Source of the DNA: a virus
DNA: 56,457 bases
IMG/VR virus record: IMGVR_UViG_3300042990_000014
Span: 1 to 56,457 of that record
Strand: one strand, 5' to 3'
Below the pieces are notes generated by a model that saw only the letters and a list, made by a program, of their open reading frames with translations, searched no databases and was not told the DNA's origin. This document shows, one piece after another, positions 15,164 to 25,048 of the stretch (positions are counted from its first letter, which is position 1; every line of letters begins with the position of its first letter). A program made the translations under genes and the position numbers.

Positions 15164-18123
15164 TGCGCGCCCCCTTGAGTCTTGCCGAGCACCTTCTGTA
15201 CATCGCCGCCTTGTAGCCGTACGGCCTTGCTGATCGTCTCGATCAGCAAGGCACTCATCTTCGAGCCATCGCTGACCAGCGTGAGCGTCTTGGTGTCCGC
15301 CGCCGGCTGGTTGGGCCACACGCGGATGCCGCCCTGCGCCTGGCCAACACTGGCTCCGTCGCCACCCTGCACGCTACCGGGCGTTAACGGCGAGCTGGTC
15401 AGCGCGAGATCCGACGCCATCGCGGCCATGGCCTGACGCAGTGCGGCACGGCGCTTGTCGATTCCCTCGGCCACTCCCTCCGCGATGCGGATACCTGAGC
15501 GCTCGGGCGAGCCACTGCCGGACAGCGGTCCGGTTTTCGCAGGGGAGAAGGGCAGGAAGTCACGGATGCCGGAGGAGACCACGTTGCTCATGGTCGACTT
15601 CAGCTCACCGAGCTTGCTCTGAATACCGTTGATCAAGCCCCGGATGATGTTGCCGCCGGCATTCCAGAGCAGGCCGCCGACGTCGCCAAGCGCGCTCAGG
15701 ATCTGCCCTGGCAGCGAGCGAACGGAGCCAGTCAGGTCGGAAACCCACTTACCGACAGCCCGGAAGGCGCCAGTCAGCCGGTCAATGAGCCAGCCGAGCG
15801 CATCGCCGATAGCCACGGTCGCGGTAACCATGGCCCGGATGATCGGCAGCCAGAAGCCCGAAATGACGTCGACCATCTTCACCAGGATGACGATGGCGGC
15901 CATGATCACCGGGAGGAAGAGCTCGAACAGCTTTCCAGACAGTTCGGTGATAGCGGGAACAAGCGGAAGGACTGCGTCAATCAGGTCTATAAAGTTCGGG
16001 ATCAGCGGCAGTAGCGCGGTCAGAATCTTGACGAAAGCGTCGATCAGCTTGGGCATTTCGGGCAAGACCGACTTGACAATGACGTCAACAATCTTGATCA
16101 GCGCCGGGACCAGAAGGGCGATAGCGTCAATCAGCGGCTTCGCCAGCGCCTTGGCAGCGTCCACGATCAGCGGGATCAGCGGGATCAGTGCGGGCACGAG
16201 CCCCTCGACTAATTGCGCCACAAGCTGTGAAAGTGGGACAAGTAGGGGTACGAGGGCGACAACCAGGTCAAGGAACGCTTTGGTGACGATCGGCAGCACG
16301 CGCCCCAGCGAGCCCACCAGCACGTTCGCCACCGTGACCAGCGTGGGCACGATCGCGGTAACCGCATCAGCGAGCTGGCCGGCCACAGCGTCCGCCACGG
16401 CGGCGAGAACGGGCAGCAGGGGGGCGAGGCCCTCCACCAGCTTCAGGATCGCGCCGGTGATCTTGGGCAGCACCTTCCCAAGCGTGCCACCCAGCGCCAG
16501 TGCGAACTTCGCGACGAAGGGGGCGATGACGGTCAAGGTGTCGGCGAGCTGCCCGCCAATCAAGGTGACCATGTTCGCGAGCACGAGCAAGAGTGGGGCG
16601 GCGGCGGTGACCACGGACAGCAGGGCCTTGGCGATGACGGGCAGGATATCGCCCAAGCCCTTGCCCAGAATCTGGACCATTGCGGCGATAATGGGCGTTA
16701 TGCCCGCTATCACCCCGGCGAGCTGGTCCCCGATCACGTCCACGAGGCCAGCCACTACCGCGATCAGCGGCGCGACAGCCTGGAGCAAGTCGCCTATTAC
16801 CGTAGCTATCTGGCCGATAGCGGGAGCGATTGTAACGACCGCTGCGCCCAGGATGGGCAGCACCACGGCGAAGACGTCCGACAGCGCGGCGCCTACCTCG
16901 GCAAGCGCGCTGAAGATCGCGTGAAGGGCGGACAGCCCCTGAGTCGTCGAGAGGAAAGCGCTCGCCGCGTCAGTGATCTTGACTAGCGTGTCCAGCAGGT
17001 TCACGCCGCTGGCCGCGCCCGCATTGAACACCAGGAACAGGACGCTGCCGACGTTGGAAAGTAGATCTCCCAGCTGGTGAAGGACGCCCAACGCGTTGGC
17101 CAGGAACGCGTCCAGCTGGCCGCTCTCGGCAGCCTGCGATAGGAAGGTGCCGAAGCGCTTGCTGAGGTCACCGAAGGCGACGCCCAGCCCCTCGACCAGC
17201 GGCAGCCCGGCCTTGGCGGCGGCGGCCAGCCCGGCGGTGAGCGCGCCTACCCCGCCGCTGGCGCTGACGAAGGCGCGCGCGGTCCCGGCCAGCACGTCGT
17301 TGATCGCGGACACTACCGCCGGCAGCTTGGCGGCCTCGGCGAACTTCGTGACGAAGCCGCCAAGGGCGGACGCGATCGGAGGAAGCTGCTTCTGGAGCAG
17401 GGGTAGATATAGCGTGGCCAGCGCCTTGATCTGCTCCGCGAACCCCGCGAAGAAAGCGCCCTGGACGGCCTTGCCGAGATTGTCCAGGGCGGGCTTCAGG
17501 CTGACGATAGCCTTCACGGCGGACTGCGCGGCCGGCGCCAATCCCTTGAGGGACTCGGCGAACTTGTCCGCGTCCCCGGAGAAGCCAGCCTTTAGCGCGT
17601 CGCCCACCCCGCGCAGCGCCAGCTTGAGCACGCCGAGTGCGCCGACGCCCGCCAGCAGCACCGCCGGCAGTCCAGCCGCGATGCCGATCGCGGGGAGTAG
17701 CGCCGCTGTGAACTGGCCTGCCACCACGGCAGCCTGTGCGATGGCGGTGGCCAGCAGTGCCCACTTGCCCACGCTGGCCAGCAGTGAGAAGGCGCCGGTC
17801 AGCGCCTTGCTGAAGACGGCGGAGAGGCTGCCCAGACTTTTACTGAGTCCGGCGGTGAAGGAGCTGCCGAACTTCGCGCCCGCCAAGCGTCCCCGGCGGT
17901 TAACCGAGCTGGACCCGGAGGACTTCGCGACGCCCTCGGCGAAGGACTTGCCCACCAGCTCGCCCTCAAGGCGCGCCCTCGCGGCCGACGCCCCGGCATC
18001 GATCTCCACCTCGGGCTTGACCTTGACCGTCTTCAGCGCGGCCTTAAGTTCGCGACTGACCTGCGCGGCAAATTTCGACGTGTCGGCGACAACGTCGATC
18101 TGCACCTGTCCGCGAGAGGCCAT
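15160..18123 (-). CDS. tape measure protein
   Basis: 987 aa, Ala/Leu/Gly-rich with long predicted helical and TM-like stretches. Located after the tail chaperone genes. Confidence 0.85.
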   Translation of the reverse strand: MASRGQVQIDVVADTSKFAAQVSRELKAALKTVKVKPEVEIDAGASAARARLEGELVGKSFAEGVAKSSGSSSVNRRGRLAGAKFGSSFTAGLSKSLGSLSAVFSKALTGAFSLLASVGKWALLATAIAQAAVVAGQFTAALLPAIGIAAGLPAVLLAGVGALGVLKLALRGVGDALKAGFSGDADKFAESLKGLAPAAQSAVKAIVSLKPALDNLGKAVQGAFFAGFAEQIKALATLYLPLLQKQLPPIASALGGFVTKFAEAAKLPAVVSAINDVLAGTARAFVSASGGVGALTAGLAAAAKAGLPLVEGLGVAFGDLSKRFGTFLSQAAESGQLDAFLANALGVLHQLGDLLSNVGSVLFLVFNAGAASGVNLLDTLVKITDAASAFLSTTQGLSALHAIFSALAEVGAALSDVFAVVLPILGAAVVTIAPAIGQIATVIGDLLQAVAPLIAVVAGLVDVIGDQLAGVIAGITPIIAAMVQILGKGLGDILPVIAKALLSVVTAAAPLLLVLANMVTLIGGQLADTLTVIAPFVAKFALALGGTLGKVLPKITGAILKLVEGLAPLLPVLAAVADAVAGQLADAVTAIVPTLVTVANVLVGSLGRVLPIVTKAFLDLVVALVPLLVPLSQLVAQLVEGLVPALIPLIPLIVDAAKALAKPLIDAIALLVPALIKIVDVIVKSVLPEMPKLIDAFVKILTALLPLIPNFIDLIDAVLPLVPAITELSGKLFELFLPVIMAAIVILVKMVDVISGFWLPIIRAMVTATVAIGDALGWLIDRLTGAFRAVGKWVSDLTGSVRSLPGQILSALGDVGGLLWNAGGNIIRGLINGIQSKLGELKSTMSNVVSSGIRDFLPFSPAKTGPLSGSGSPERSGIRIAEGVAEGIDKRRAALRQAMAAMASDLALTSSPLTPGSVQGGDGASVGQAQGGIRVWPNQPAADTKTLTLVSDGSKMSALLIETISKAVRLQGGDVQKVLGKTQGGAQ

Positions 18124-18193
18124 GTGCCCAGTCTCGACGGCGCGGCGCCACCGCGCACCCTGGCGGGTGTGACATCTGGGCTACGGTGTCCGC

Positions 18194-18646
18194 ATGGACA
18201 TCAGGCGCGCGATGATCGAGGTGGTGGGGCTGGACCAGGTGCGCGTCTGCGTGCTGCCGTGGACAGTTCAGGCGCGAGTGGAGGCGCGCGACGGGCGGCC
18301 GGTGCTGGTCGATCTGCGCATCCAGCACGTCGAGGGGATCACTGCCGCACGCCTGGCCACGCTGCCGGTACGCCATCTCACGGCGCTGGCCGCGAGCGCC
18401 GTGTGGGGCGCCGAAGAGACGATCTACCGCATGAGCGCTACGCCGCTGGATGACCGGCGGCAGCGGGCGGCGGGGGCGCGCTCACATCCGCCGGACCACT
18501 ATCAGCGGGTAGAACGGGTGGCGGCATGGGCGATTCGATCGGGGCGCCAAGGCGGTCCTGCGGCCTGCGTTGCACAGTTTTGGGGCGTACACGTACGTAC
18601 GGCTCGGCGCTGGCTGGCACGAGCGCGGGCGGACGCGGCCCTTTGA
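18194..18646 (+). CDS. reverse-oriented helix-turn-helix DNA-binding protein (150 aa)
   Basis: This + ORF fills the only gap in the - strand tail operon (18124-18437). GC3 is very high in the non-overlapping part. C-terminus is AACVAQFWGVHVRTARRWLARAR. Confidence 0.6.
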   Translation: MDIRRAMIEVVGLDQVRVCVLPWTVQARVEARDGRPVLVDLRIQHVEGITAARLATLPVRHLTALAASAVWGAEETIYRMSATPLDDRRQRAAGARSHPPDHYQRVERVAAWAIRSGRQGGPAACVAQFWGVHVRTARRWLARARADAAL

Positions 18647-19115
18647 CCGCCGGCGGGGTGTCGCTCGGCGCCTGCCGCTCCAGCACGCGGTTGAGGTTGG
18701 CTAAGCCCTTCTCGTCCATGCCTGCCGCGATGGTGCCGTAGATCGCGTCCAGCGCCGCGCCGAGCGGGAGCAGGTCCAGGCGCACGCCGCGCCGCGCCAG
18801 CTCGCCGCCCACCCTGCGCCAGTTCTCAGCGGCGAGATGGGCGAGCGCGAAGGTCTCCCATGCCGAGCGGCCGGACGCACCCTCCACCAGTCGCTCCAGC
18901 GCGTCCTCCAGCTGTGCTCGGGTAATGACGCCGTCCAGCAGCATCCGACGGAGGCCGATATCCTCGATCAGACTCCGCACGCCTCGCAGGTCCAGGCGCA
19001 TCAGGACGGGTAGCCAGTCCCCAGCGGGAAGTGGTGGGATGCGCAGCACCCGCCCCGCCAGATCCACCTCCACCGCCCAGATGCCCAGCGAGGCAACCGG
19101 GTCCACCCCCGGCAC
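18438..19115 (-). CDS. tail assembly chaperone, downstream (T-like) ORF
   Basis: 225-aa ORF in the -1 frame relative to 19115-19558. GTG at 19115. The Pro-rich C-terminus overlaps the 3' end of the + strand HTH gene. Confidence 0.55.
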   Translation of the reverse strand: MPGVDPVASLGIWAVEVDLAGRVLRIPPLPAGDWLPVLMRLDLRGVRSLIEDIGLRRMLLDGVITRAQLEDALERLVEGASGRSAWETFALAHLAAENWRRVGGELARRGVRLDLLPLGAALDAIYGTIAAGMDEKGLANLNRVLERQAPSDTPPAVKGPRPPALVPASAEPYVRVRPKTVQRRPQDRLGAPIESPMPPPVLPADSGPADVSAPPPPAAAGHPAA

Positions 19116-19558
19116 TACGCCTTCGCGCGGCGCGCGGCGCGGTTCGTCGGTTCGGCGTCGGCCAGCTCATCCTTGTACGTCTTCATGACGTCGAGCACGA
19201 GAGTGGCGCTGGCCTCCAGCGTGATGGTGCCCCGGATGCGCCCCTTGCGGTACCACGCCCGGTCGGCGTCGCTCGGGAGAACGGAATTGATGATCTCGAC
19301 GAAGTCGCCCACCAGCGCGAGGGTCTGTTCGACCGTCATCTCGGCGGCGTCGAGACTCTGCCACTCCTCGATCAGTTCGTTCCACGCAAAGAGCTGATCC
19401 GGCGTTGGCGTCTTCACCTCCACCTCGCGCCCCAGGAACGTGGTGGTCTGCGGCTTGATCGCGACCGGTGCCGGTTCGGCGTTGGCGGGGCGACTGGCGG
19501 CGCGCGGCGTCTTCGTGGCGCGCTTGACGGGGGCGGCGGCCTTCTTGGCTGGACTCAT
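19115..19558 (-). CDS. tail assembly chaperone (G-like)
   Basis: 147-aa ORF at the canonical position before the tape measure, with an acidic C-terminal half. Confidence 0.65.
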   Translation of the reverse strand: MSPAKKAAAPVKRATKTPRAASRPANAEPAPVAIKPQTTTFLGREVEVKTPTPDQLFAWNELIEEWQSLDAAEMTVEQTLALVGDFVEIINSVLPSDADRAWYRKGRIRGTITLEASATLVLDVMKTYKDELADAEPTNRAARRAKA

Positions 19559-19567
19559 GGCGCCATC

Positions 19568-20008
19568 CTAACCGCCGTCCGGTGTGACATCTGACTTCGA
19601 TGGCACGAACCGCAACCCCTCAGCGACCGCCACCAGCTCGGCGGCGTGGCGCAGGAAGGGGCGCGGCGGCGAACCGGGGTGGTGGACCTTCGTGGCGTAC
19701 ACCACGCGGCCGGCCACGACGAAACGCAGCGCCTTCTTCTTCTTGGGCCGGATGATGTGCGGCCCGCTGCCGTCATGCACGGCGGCGGCGTACTTCACCG
19801 CGTACACCACCACGCCTATCGGGCGGTTGCGGGCGATGCGGAACTTCATCTTGCCGCTGGCGCGTAGTCGCCCGGTGTCGACCGGGCACAGGACGGTGCT
19901 CTGCTTCAGCACCTTGCGCGTCACCTGCCGTGTACGCGGGATGGAGAGCCGGATCGCGTCGATGGTCAGGCCATTCTTGTCCAGCTTGTCCAGCTTCGCG
20001 ATAGCCAC
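19568..20008 (-). CDS. HK97 gp10-like neck / tail-completion protein
   Basis: GTG at 20008 overlaps the upstream TAG. Motif PVDTGRLRAS...YAAAVHDG. Confidence 0.7.
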   Translation of the reverse strand: MAIAKLDKLDKNGLTIDAIRLSIPRTRQVTRKVLKQSTVLCPVDTGRLRASGKMKFRIARNRPIGVVVYAVKYAAAVHDGSGPHIIRPKKKKALRFVVAGRVVYATKVHHPGSPPRPFLRHAAELVAVAEGLRFVPSKSDVTPDGG

Positions 20009-20562
20009 TACGAGCCGCCGGCCTCGGAGCAGTCGCACGCCGGACCGCGCACCACAAGCTGGAGGATGCCGCCCACGCACCCGCCTTCCACGTCGATGGG
20101 CTGCCAGTCCAGCGGCAGCGTCGATGCCGCGCGCGCCGGGTTGCCGGCCACGAAACAACAGATCGCACGACGCATCGCGGCGGCGTCATCCATGATCGCG
20201 TCGACCACCGCGTTCCAGGTGGCGTTACTGGGGATGCTGTTCTCGTCCGGCGTCGGGGAGCATCGCACCACGCCCATCTCCAGCGTGATGGCCCACGCCC
20301 GAGTGCCCCCGTTCTTCAGCGGGAACGGGTCCTCATCCTGCGCCGGGAAGGTGCCCGAGCTGGGAACGAACCCGACGCAGCGCACCCACGCGAGGCCCTG
20401 ACAGCACTCGTCCGAGGTCATCGAGATCAGGTGGTCTACCTGCTGTCCAGGGCGCAGGCCACGGTACAGCGGCGGGCTGTCCACCTTGTCGATCTCTTCC
20501 TCCAGGCAGGCCAGCAGTTCGTACATGAGCGGCGACACCATCGGATCGTGCAGTCCCATCAC
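20008..20562 (-). CDS. head-tail connector protein (184 aa)
   Basis: ORF track; coupled to the adaptor gene; call is based on position. Confidence 0.55.
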   Translation of the reverse strand: MMGLHDPMVSPLMYELLACLEEEIDKVDSPPLYRGLRPGQQVDHLISMTSDECCQGLAWVRCVGFVPSSGTFPAQDEDPFPLKNGGTRAWAITLEMGVVRCSPTPDENSIPSNATWNAVVDAIMDDAAAMRRAICCFVAGNPARAASTLPLDWQPIDVEGGCVGGILQLVVRGPACDCSEAGGS

Positions 20563-21413
20563 GGTCCCCCGATGATCGTGCGCCGGTCGCGGTTGTCCTG
20601 GAGATCCGGCGACAGCACGACCGGGGGCCGGGTGCGGCGACTTGGGTTCTCCGCCCGAATGACCATGTCCACCAGGTTGATTCCGGTGGTGAAGGTGTCC
20701 ACGTCGATCGAATCCGTGATGAACTCGGCGCTGACGCCCTGGCGAGTAAGCGCGGACAGGCGCGGTGGCAGCCCGCAGTCAGCGCCACCGATCTGCTTGC
20801 CCAGAGTGCACGCGAGGATGGCGGTGGCCCCCAGCACGGAATCCGGTACCGGGGCGCCCCGCCCGTAGGTCACCTGGAAGGCGCCCACCTCGTCGCCGGC
20901 CACGTTGAAGTCCTGGCACGTTGGCCAGCAGCCGGCGGAGGTCTTCACGAGCCAGTAGCCGCCCTGCGCCACGTCCACCCGGTACTCCGTGGATGGCACC
21001 ATGACGCCGTCCACCAACACCTCCACGATGCTGTCGACCGGGCCGTCCATGAGGATGGCGCAGCGCGGCCGGCAGCAGCAGCCGACGCCGCATCCGCAGT
21101 TCGCCCACACTCCGCCGAACAGGAAGGGGAACGGTCCAGCGAACCCATCGCCGGACCACCACACGGGATAGGCGCGGTACGCCTCGGCGCGCTCGCGGGT
21201 CTGGCACGGCCGCACCGTAACCTCGCATGGCCCGAAGCGGCGCCCGGTGGCCGCCCACATCACGGTGGTGGCCACCGACAGTGCGAGCTCTCGCGTAGCC
21301 TCCGGCCACGTCGCCCAGTCTGCGCACAGGTCGGTGGGGTCCACGTCCCACCCACACCATCCCTCGCTGCCGGGCGGTGCGGGGAGCGTGCCTGGTACCG
21401 GGATCACTGGCAT
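20559..21413 (-). CDS. head-to-tail adaptor (Cys-rich)
   Basis: 284 aa. Motifs WAATGRRFGPCEVTVRPC and CGCGVGCCCRPRC. Confidence 0.6.
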   Translation of the reverse strand: MPVIPVPGTLPAPPGSEGWCGWDVDPTDLCADWATWPEATRELALSVATTVMWAATGRRFGPCEVTVRPCQTRERAEAYRAYPVWWSGDGFAGPFPFLFGGVWANCGCGVGCCCRPRCAILMDGPVDSIVEVLVDGVMVPSTEYRVDVAQGGYWLVKTSAGCWPTCQDFNVAGDEVGAFQVTYGRGAPVPDSVLGATAILACTLGKQIGGADCGLPPRLSALTRQGVSAEFITDSIDVDTFTTGINLVDMVIRAENPSRRTRPPVVLSPDLQDNRDRRTIIGGP

Positions 21414-21433
21414 GAGCGCAGCCTACTTCCTGA

Positions 21434-21694
21434 TCATGCGTAGTCGAGAGGCCAGGCCCCGGCGCCCACTCCGAGTGCGCGCGCGTCTTCCTCGTAGTCC
21501 ACCAGTTCCACGCTGGCGTCGTACGCGATCAGCGTGAGCGCGGCATTGGGCAGCGTCTTCAGGCTCACCATGACGCCCCCGTTGGGGCCAGACTCGCCCA
21601 CGGCGGTGATGATGGCCGGCATCTTGTCCTCGCCCCCGTTCACCAGCGGGGTGGCGGGCGTCTGGACGGTAAGACCTACGTAGGCAGTGGGCAC
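21434..21694 (-). CDS. hypothetical structural protein (86 aa)
   Basis: GTG at 21694 preceded by GGGGGAAC, just after the fibre gene stop. Confidence 0.55.
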   Translation of the reverse strand: MPTAYVGLTVQTPATPLVNGGEDKMPAIITAVGESGPNGGVMVSLKTLPNAALTLIAYDASVELVDYEEDARALGVGAGAWPLDYA

Positions 21695-21702
21695 TGTTCC
21701 CC

Positions 21703-24300
21703 CTAGAACTTCACGCCCGCGAACGGGCTGTCGGTGTCGGTCAGGCTGCCGATGGTGGTGTTGGCCGGCAACGTCCCGGTGACGCCGGTCTGCACGTACG
21801 CGTTGTCCCATCCGGTGCCGGTGCCAGCCGGGAAGGCGGCGCTGCTCACGTAGGGATTAAAACCGGCGCCGTGCCGCGCGCTGGGGGCTGCCGTCTGGAA
21901 ACAGATGGCCAGCCAGTTCACCCCGGCGGACAACGCCTGACTGACGGCGGTGAGCAGCGCGCCGGAGGTGGCGGCGGCAAATGTGCCGAAGTCCGCCACG
22001 AGCGCGTCCGGCAGGTTGTTCGCGTTGGAGGCGTACACCCCGAAGCGCACCACGGCGTTGGCCGTCGAGCTGGTCAGCTCGATCGCGATGGATGTGAGCG
22101 TCGCCGCGTTGAGCAGCGGCATGGGCTCCAGGTACATCGCGTTGAGCGTGACTGCCTTCGAGGACCGGACAGTGATCACCCCGCCCACCTGGTGGTAGGC
22201 CGCGCGCGCCTGCACTGCGAACGAGGCGCCACCCGGCGTCGCGGGGGTTGCCCACTTCAGACCGTTGGTCACCGCGCTGTCGGCCGTCAACACCTGGCCG
22301 TTGGTGCCCACACCCTGGCGCGCGATGGTGGCGCTGGCCGTGGCGACGTATAGGTCACCCTTCGCTGTGAGGTCGCTCTTTTGCTGCGCGCCCACGATGC
22401 GGCTGTCGTTGCCGGCGGCGGCCGACGTGCCAGAGGTGCCGAGCACCACGTCGAAAGTGCGGTTCGCGGAGAGGTCACCGCCACCAGAGAGCGCGGTACC
22501 GGCGGTAATCGTTCGCGCGGTGGGCACCGCGCCGACGTCTGCGGCGGTGATGGCCAGATCCGCTTTCACCTGCGCCATGGTGCGGGCCACCCACAGCCCG
22601 CCCTTGCGCTGGATGATGTCGTCGTCCGGAGGCGCGAGCCCGGCGATGGCAGTGAGATCGCTGTCCAGCGGCTGACTGGCGGCCTGCGCGGCAGCGGCCG
22701 ATCCAATTGGATCCGCGCCAACGTCGGACGCGGTGAAGGTGTGCCACTCCAGGCCGGTCCCGATAGCGCTGTTCGCGCGCAGCGCCTGCCCGTCGGTGCC
22801 CACCGCCAGCCGAGAGGTGGTGTCGGCGCCGGTCCCCGCGTACAGGTCACCCTTGGCGTCGATCGTGGTGATGGGTTGCGCGCCAACGTCGGCGGCGGTG
22901 AGCACCACCGCGCCCGTCTGCCCGTTGACCGAGCTGACGGGCGCCGCCGTTGGCGTGGTCCAGTTCAGGCCGGTGGCCTGTGTGCTGTCGGCGGTGAGCA
23001 CCTGGCCATTCGTGCCCACGGAGCGGCGCGCGGTGGTGTTGTCGGCGGTGCCCGCGTAGAGATCGCCCTTGGCGTCGATCGTGGCCAGCGCCTGGGAGGC
23101 GGCAGCTACGGCGGCAGCAGCGCCCGCCGCGTCCGCGCCAACGTCGGCGGCGCCGAGCACGACCACGCCCACCTGCCCGTTGACCGAGCTGACGGGAGCG
23201 CTCGCGGGGGTTGCCCACTTGATCCCATCAGTCTGCGCAGCGTCGGCCGTGAGCACCTGTCCGTCGGCGCCGATGCCGCGCCGGATCACGGTGGCCGCGC
23301 CCGTGGCCGCGTAGAGATCGCCCTTCGTGGTGAGCGTCGAGCGCTGCTGTGCGCCTACGATCCGCGAGTCGTTGCCCTCGGCGACGGTTCCGCCCGTGGT
23401 CCCGAGGTCCACGTCGAAGGTGCGATCGGCAGAGAGATCGCCGCCGCCGGAAAGCGCGATACCGGCAGTGAGGTTGCGGGAGGTGGGCGGCGCGCCCACG
23501 TTCGCGGCGGAAAGCACCACCGCGCCCGTCTGCCCGTTCACGCTCGATACGGGGGCGCTCGCCGGAGCCGCCCACTTCAGGCCGTTGGTCAGTGAGCTGT
23601 CCGCCGTGAGCACCTGGCCGTCCGCTCCCACCGCCTGGCGCGCGGTGGCGTCGTTGGCAGTGCCCACGTACAGGTCACCCTTGGCATCGATCGTGCCGAT
23701 GGGCTGCGAAGCGGAGGCAGCGGCGGCAGCAGCGCCCGCCACGTCCGCGCCTACGTCGCCGGCATCCAGCACCACCGCACCCACCTGGCCGTTCACCGAG
23801 GTGACCGCGCCGCCTCCGCCGCCGGCCGCCCACTTCATGCCCACGGGCTCGGCGGAGTCCGTGGTGAGCACGAGGCCGTCCACGCCAGCGGCGAGCCGGT
23901 CCGTGGCGTCCGGGCCGGTGCCTACGTACAGATCGCCCTTGGCGTCGATCGTGCCGATGGGCTGCGCGCCCACGTCAGAGGCGCCGAGCACCACCACGCC
24001 CGTCTGGCCGTTGACGCTGTCCACCGCCCCGGGCGCCGCCCCCAGGTTGACCAGGACGCTGTCACCGCTGCCGACCGGACCCACGAAGATCCAGTACGCG
24101 CCGTCGGGGGCATAGAAGGTGAGCAGGCCCGCGCCGTCGGTGAGGGTGGGGTTAGCTAGCGGGATAGTCATGCCGGCGTCGGCGAAGATGGGCGCGAAGA
24201 CGTTGTCGTTGCCGGGGCCGAAGATCGCGGCGCGCTGGTTGCTGGCTAGCACGCCGTCCGCGTACCACCATTCGACGGGGCCGTACTGCGTCACGATCAC
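21703..24300 (-). CDS. repeat-rich fibre protein (865 aa) within the head/neck module
   Basis: Five copies of SVNGQxGxVVLxAxDVGA and six copies of KGDLY...G.DGQVLTADS...GLKWA modules. Confidence 0.7.
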   Translation of the reverse strand: MIVTQYGPVEWWYADGVLASNQRAAIFGPGNDNVFAPIFADAGMTIPLANPTLTDGAGLLTFYAPDGAYWIFVGPVGSGDSVLVNLGAAPGAVDSVNGQTGVVVLGASDVGAQPIGTIDAKGDLYVGTGPDATDRLAAGVDGLVLTTDSAEPVGMKWAAGGGGGAVTSVNGQVGAVVLDAGDVGADVAGAAAAAASASQPIGTIDAKGDLYVGTANDATARQAVGADGQVLTADSSLTNGLKWAAPASAPVSSVNGQTGAVVLSAANVGAPPTSRNLTAGIALSGGGDLSADRTFDVDLGTTGGTVAEGNDSRIVGAQQRSTLTTKGDLYAATGAATVIRRGIGADGQVLTADAAQTDGIKWATPASAPVSSVNGQVGVVVLGAADVGADAAGAAAAVAAASQALATIDAKGDLYAGTADNTTARRSVGTNGQVLTADSTQATGLNWTTPTAAPVSSVNGQTGAVVLTAADVGAQPITTIDAKGDLYAGTGADTTSRLAVGTDGQALRANSAIGTGLEWHTFTASDVGADPIGSAAAAQAASQPLDSDLTAIAGLAPPDDDIIQRKGGLWVARTMAQVKADLAITAADVGAVPTARTITAGTALSGGGDLSANRTFDVVLGTSGTSAAAGNDSRIVGAQQKSDLTAKGDLYVATASATIARQGVGTNGQVLTADSAVTNGLKWATPATPGGASFAVQARAAYHQVGGVITVRSSKAVTLNAMYLEPMPLLNAATLTSIAIELTSSTANAVVRFGVYASNANNLPDALVADFGTFAAATSGALLTAVSQALSAGVNWLAICFQTAAPSARHGAGFNPYVSSAAFPAGTGTGWDNAYVQTGVTGTLPANTTIGSLTDTDSPFAGVKF

Positions 24301-24354
24301 TCCTCAGTGAGGGTGGACCCGCGCGCCGCCCAGGCGCGCGGGTCCGGTCGTGCT

Positions 24355-25047
24355 CTAGCTGACCAGCTCCAGGCAGCCGCACTCCGGGAGCGGCGGCGGC
24401 AACTGCGTCGCGAGATCCAGGTAGTGCGTGTCGCTGGTGATAGCGGTGGGCAGCGGCGCCGGGAGGCCGCCACCGTCGAGCATGACGTCGTACGGTCCGA
24501 CCCCCCACGTGTTGCCCACGCGGGTGCGTCCCGCGAACGTGAAGGTGATCAAGTCGTTGGCCACCGTGATCGACTCGGTGAGCTTCCCGTCGAGCGTGAA
24601 GGGCAGCAGGATGTACCCGAAGAACGGTGCCGGAACGCCGGGCGGGCACACCTCCTCGGCGGTGCCGAGCCAGATTTCCAGCGCGAACGTCCCCGTCGCG
24701 TAGTTGTCGCTCGTGATGACGTTCCCGGCCGACTTGCTCCCGTAGTCCAGGAAGATGTCCGCGCCGGTCATCAAGAAAAATAGCTCCGGGTCCTTCACCG
24801 CCATGACGATCTGGTAGTCCATCCAGTTCAGGATGGTGCGTGCCTGCTGGTTCACCAGCGGCACACCAGCGGCGTTGAGCTGCTGGAACGTCTGGCCGTC
24901 GGTGGTGTTGGGTGTGATCTCGATCTGCGTCTGTCCATCGCTGACCGCGTACGAGCACGGCCCGAAGGTGGGGTTTCCGCACGCGTCCAGCTCGGTTACC
25001 CGAAAGGTGGCACCCTGAAGCGGCTTGTAGCAAACCAGATTCGTCAT
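24355..25047 (-). CDS. structural protein, putative major tail (tube) protein
   Basis: ATG at 25047 preceded by GGAGG. 230 aa. The beta-rich sequence MTNLVCYKPLQGATFRVTELDACGNP resembles tube proteins. The function is tentative. Confidence 0.45.
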   Translation of the reverse strand: MTNLVCYKPLQGATFRVTELDACGNPTFGPCSYAVSDGQTQIEITPNTTDGQTFQQLNAAGVPLVNQQARTILNWMDYQIVMAVKDPELFFLMTGADIFLDYGSKSAGNVITSDNYATGTFALEIWLGTAEEVCPPGVPAPFFGYILLPFTLDGKLTESITVANDLITFTFAGRTRVGNTWGVGPYDVMLDGGGLPAPLPTAITSDTHYLDLATQLPPPLPECGCLELVS

Positions 25048-25048
25048 A

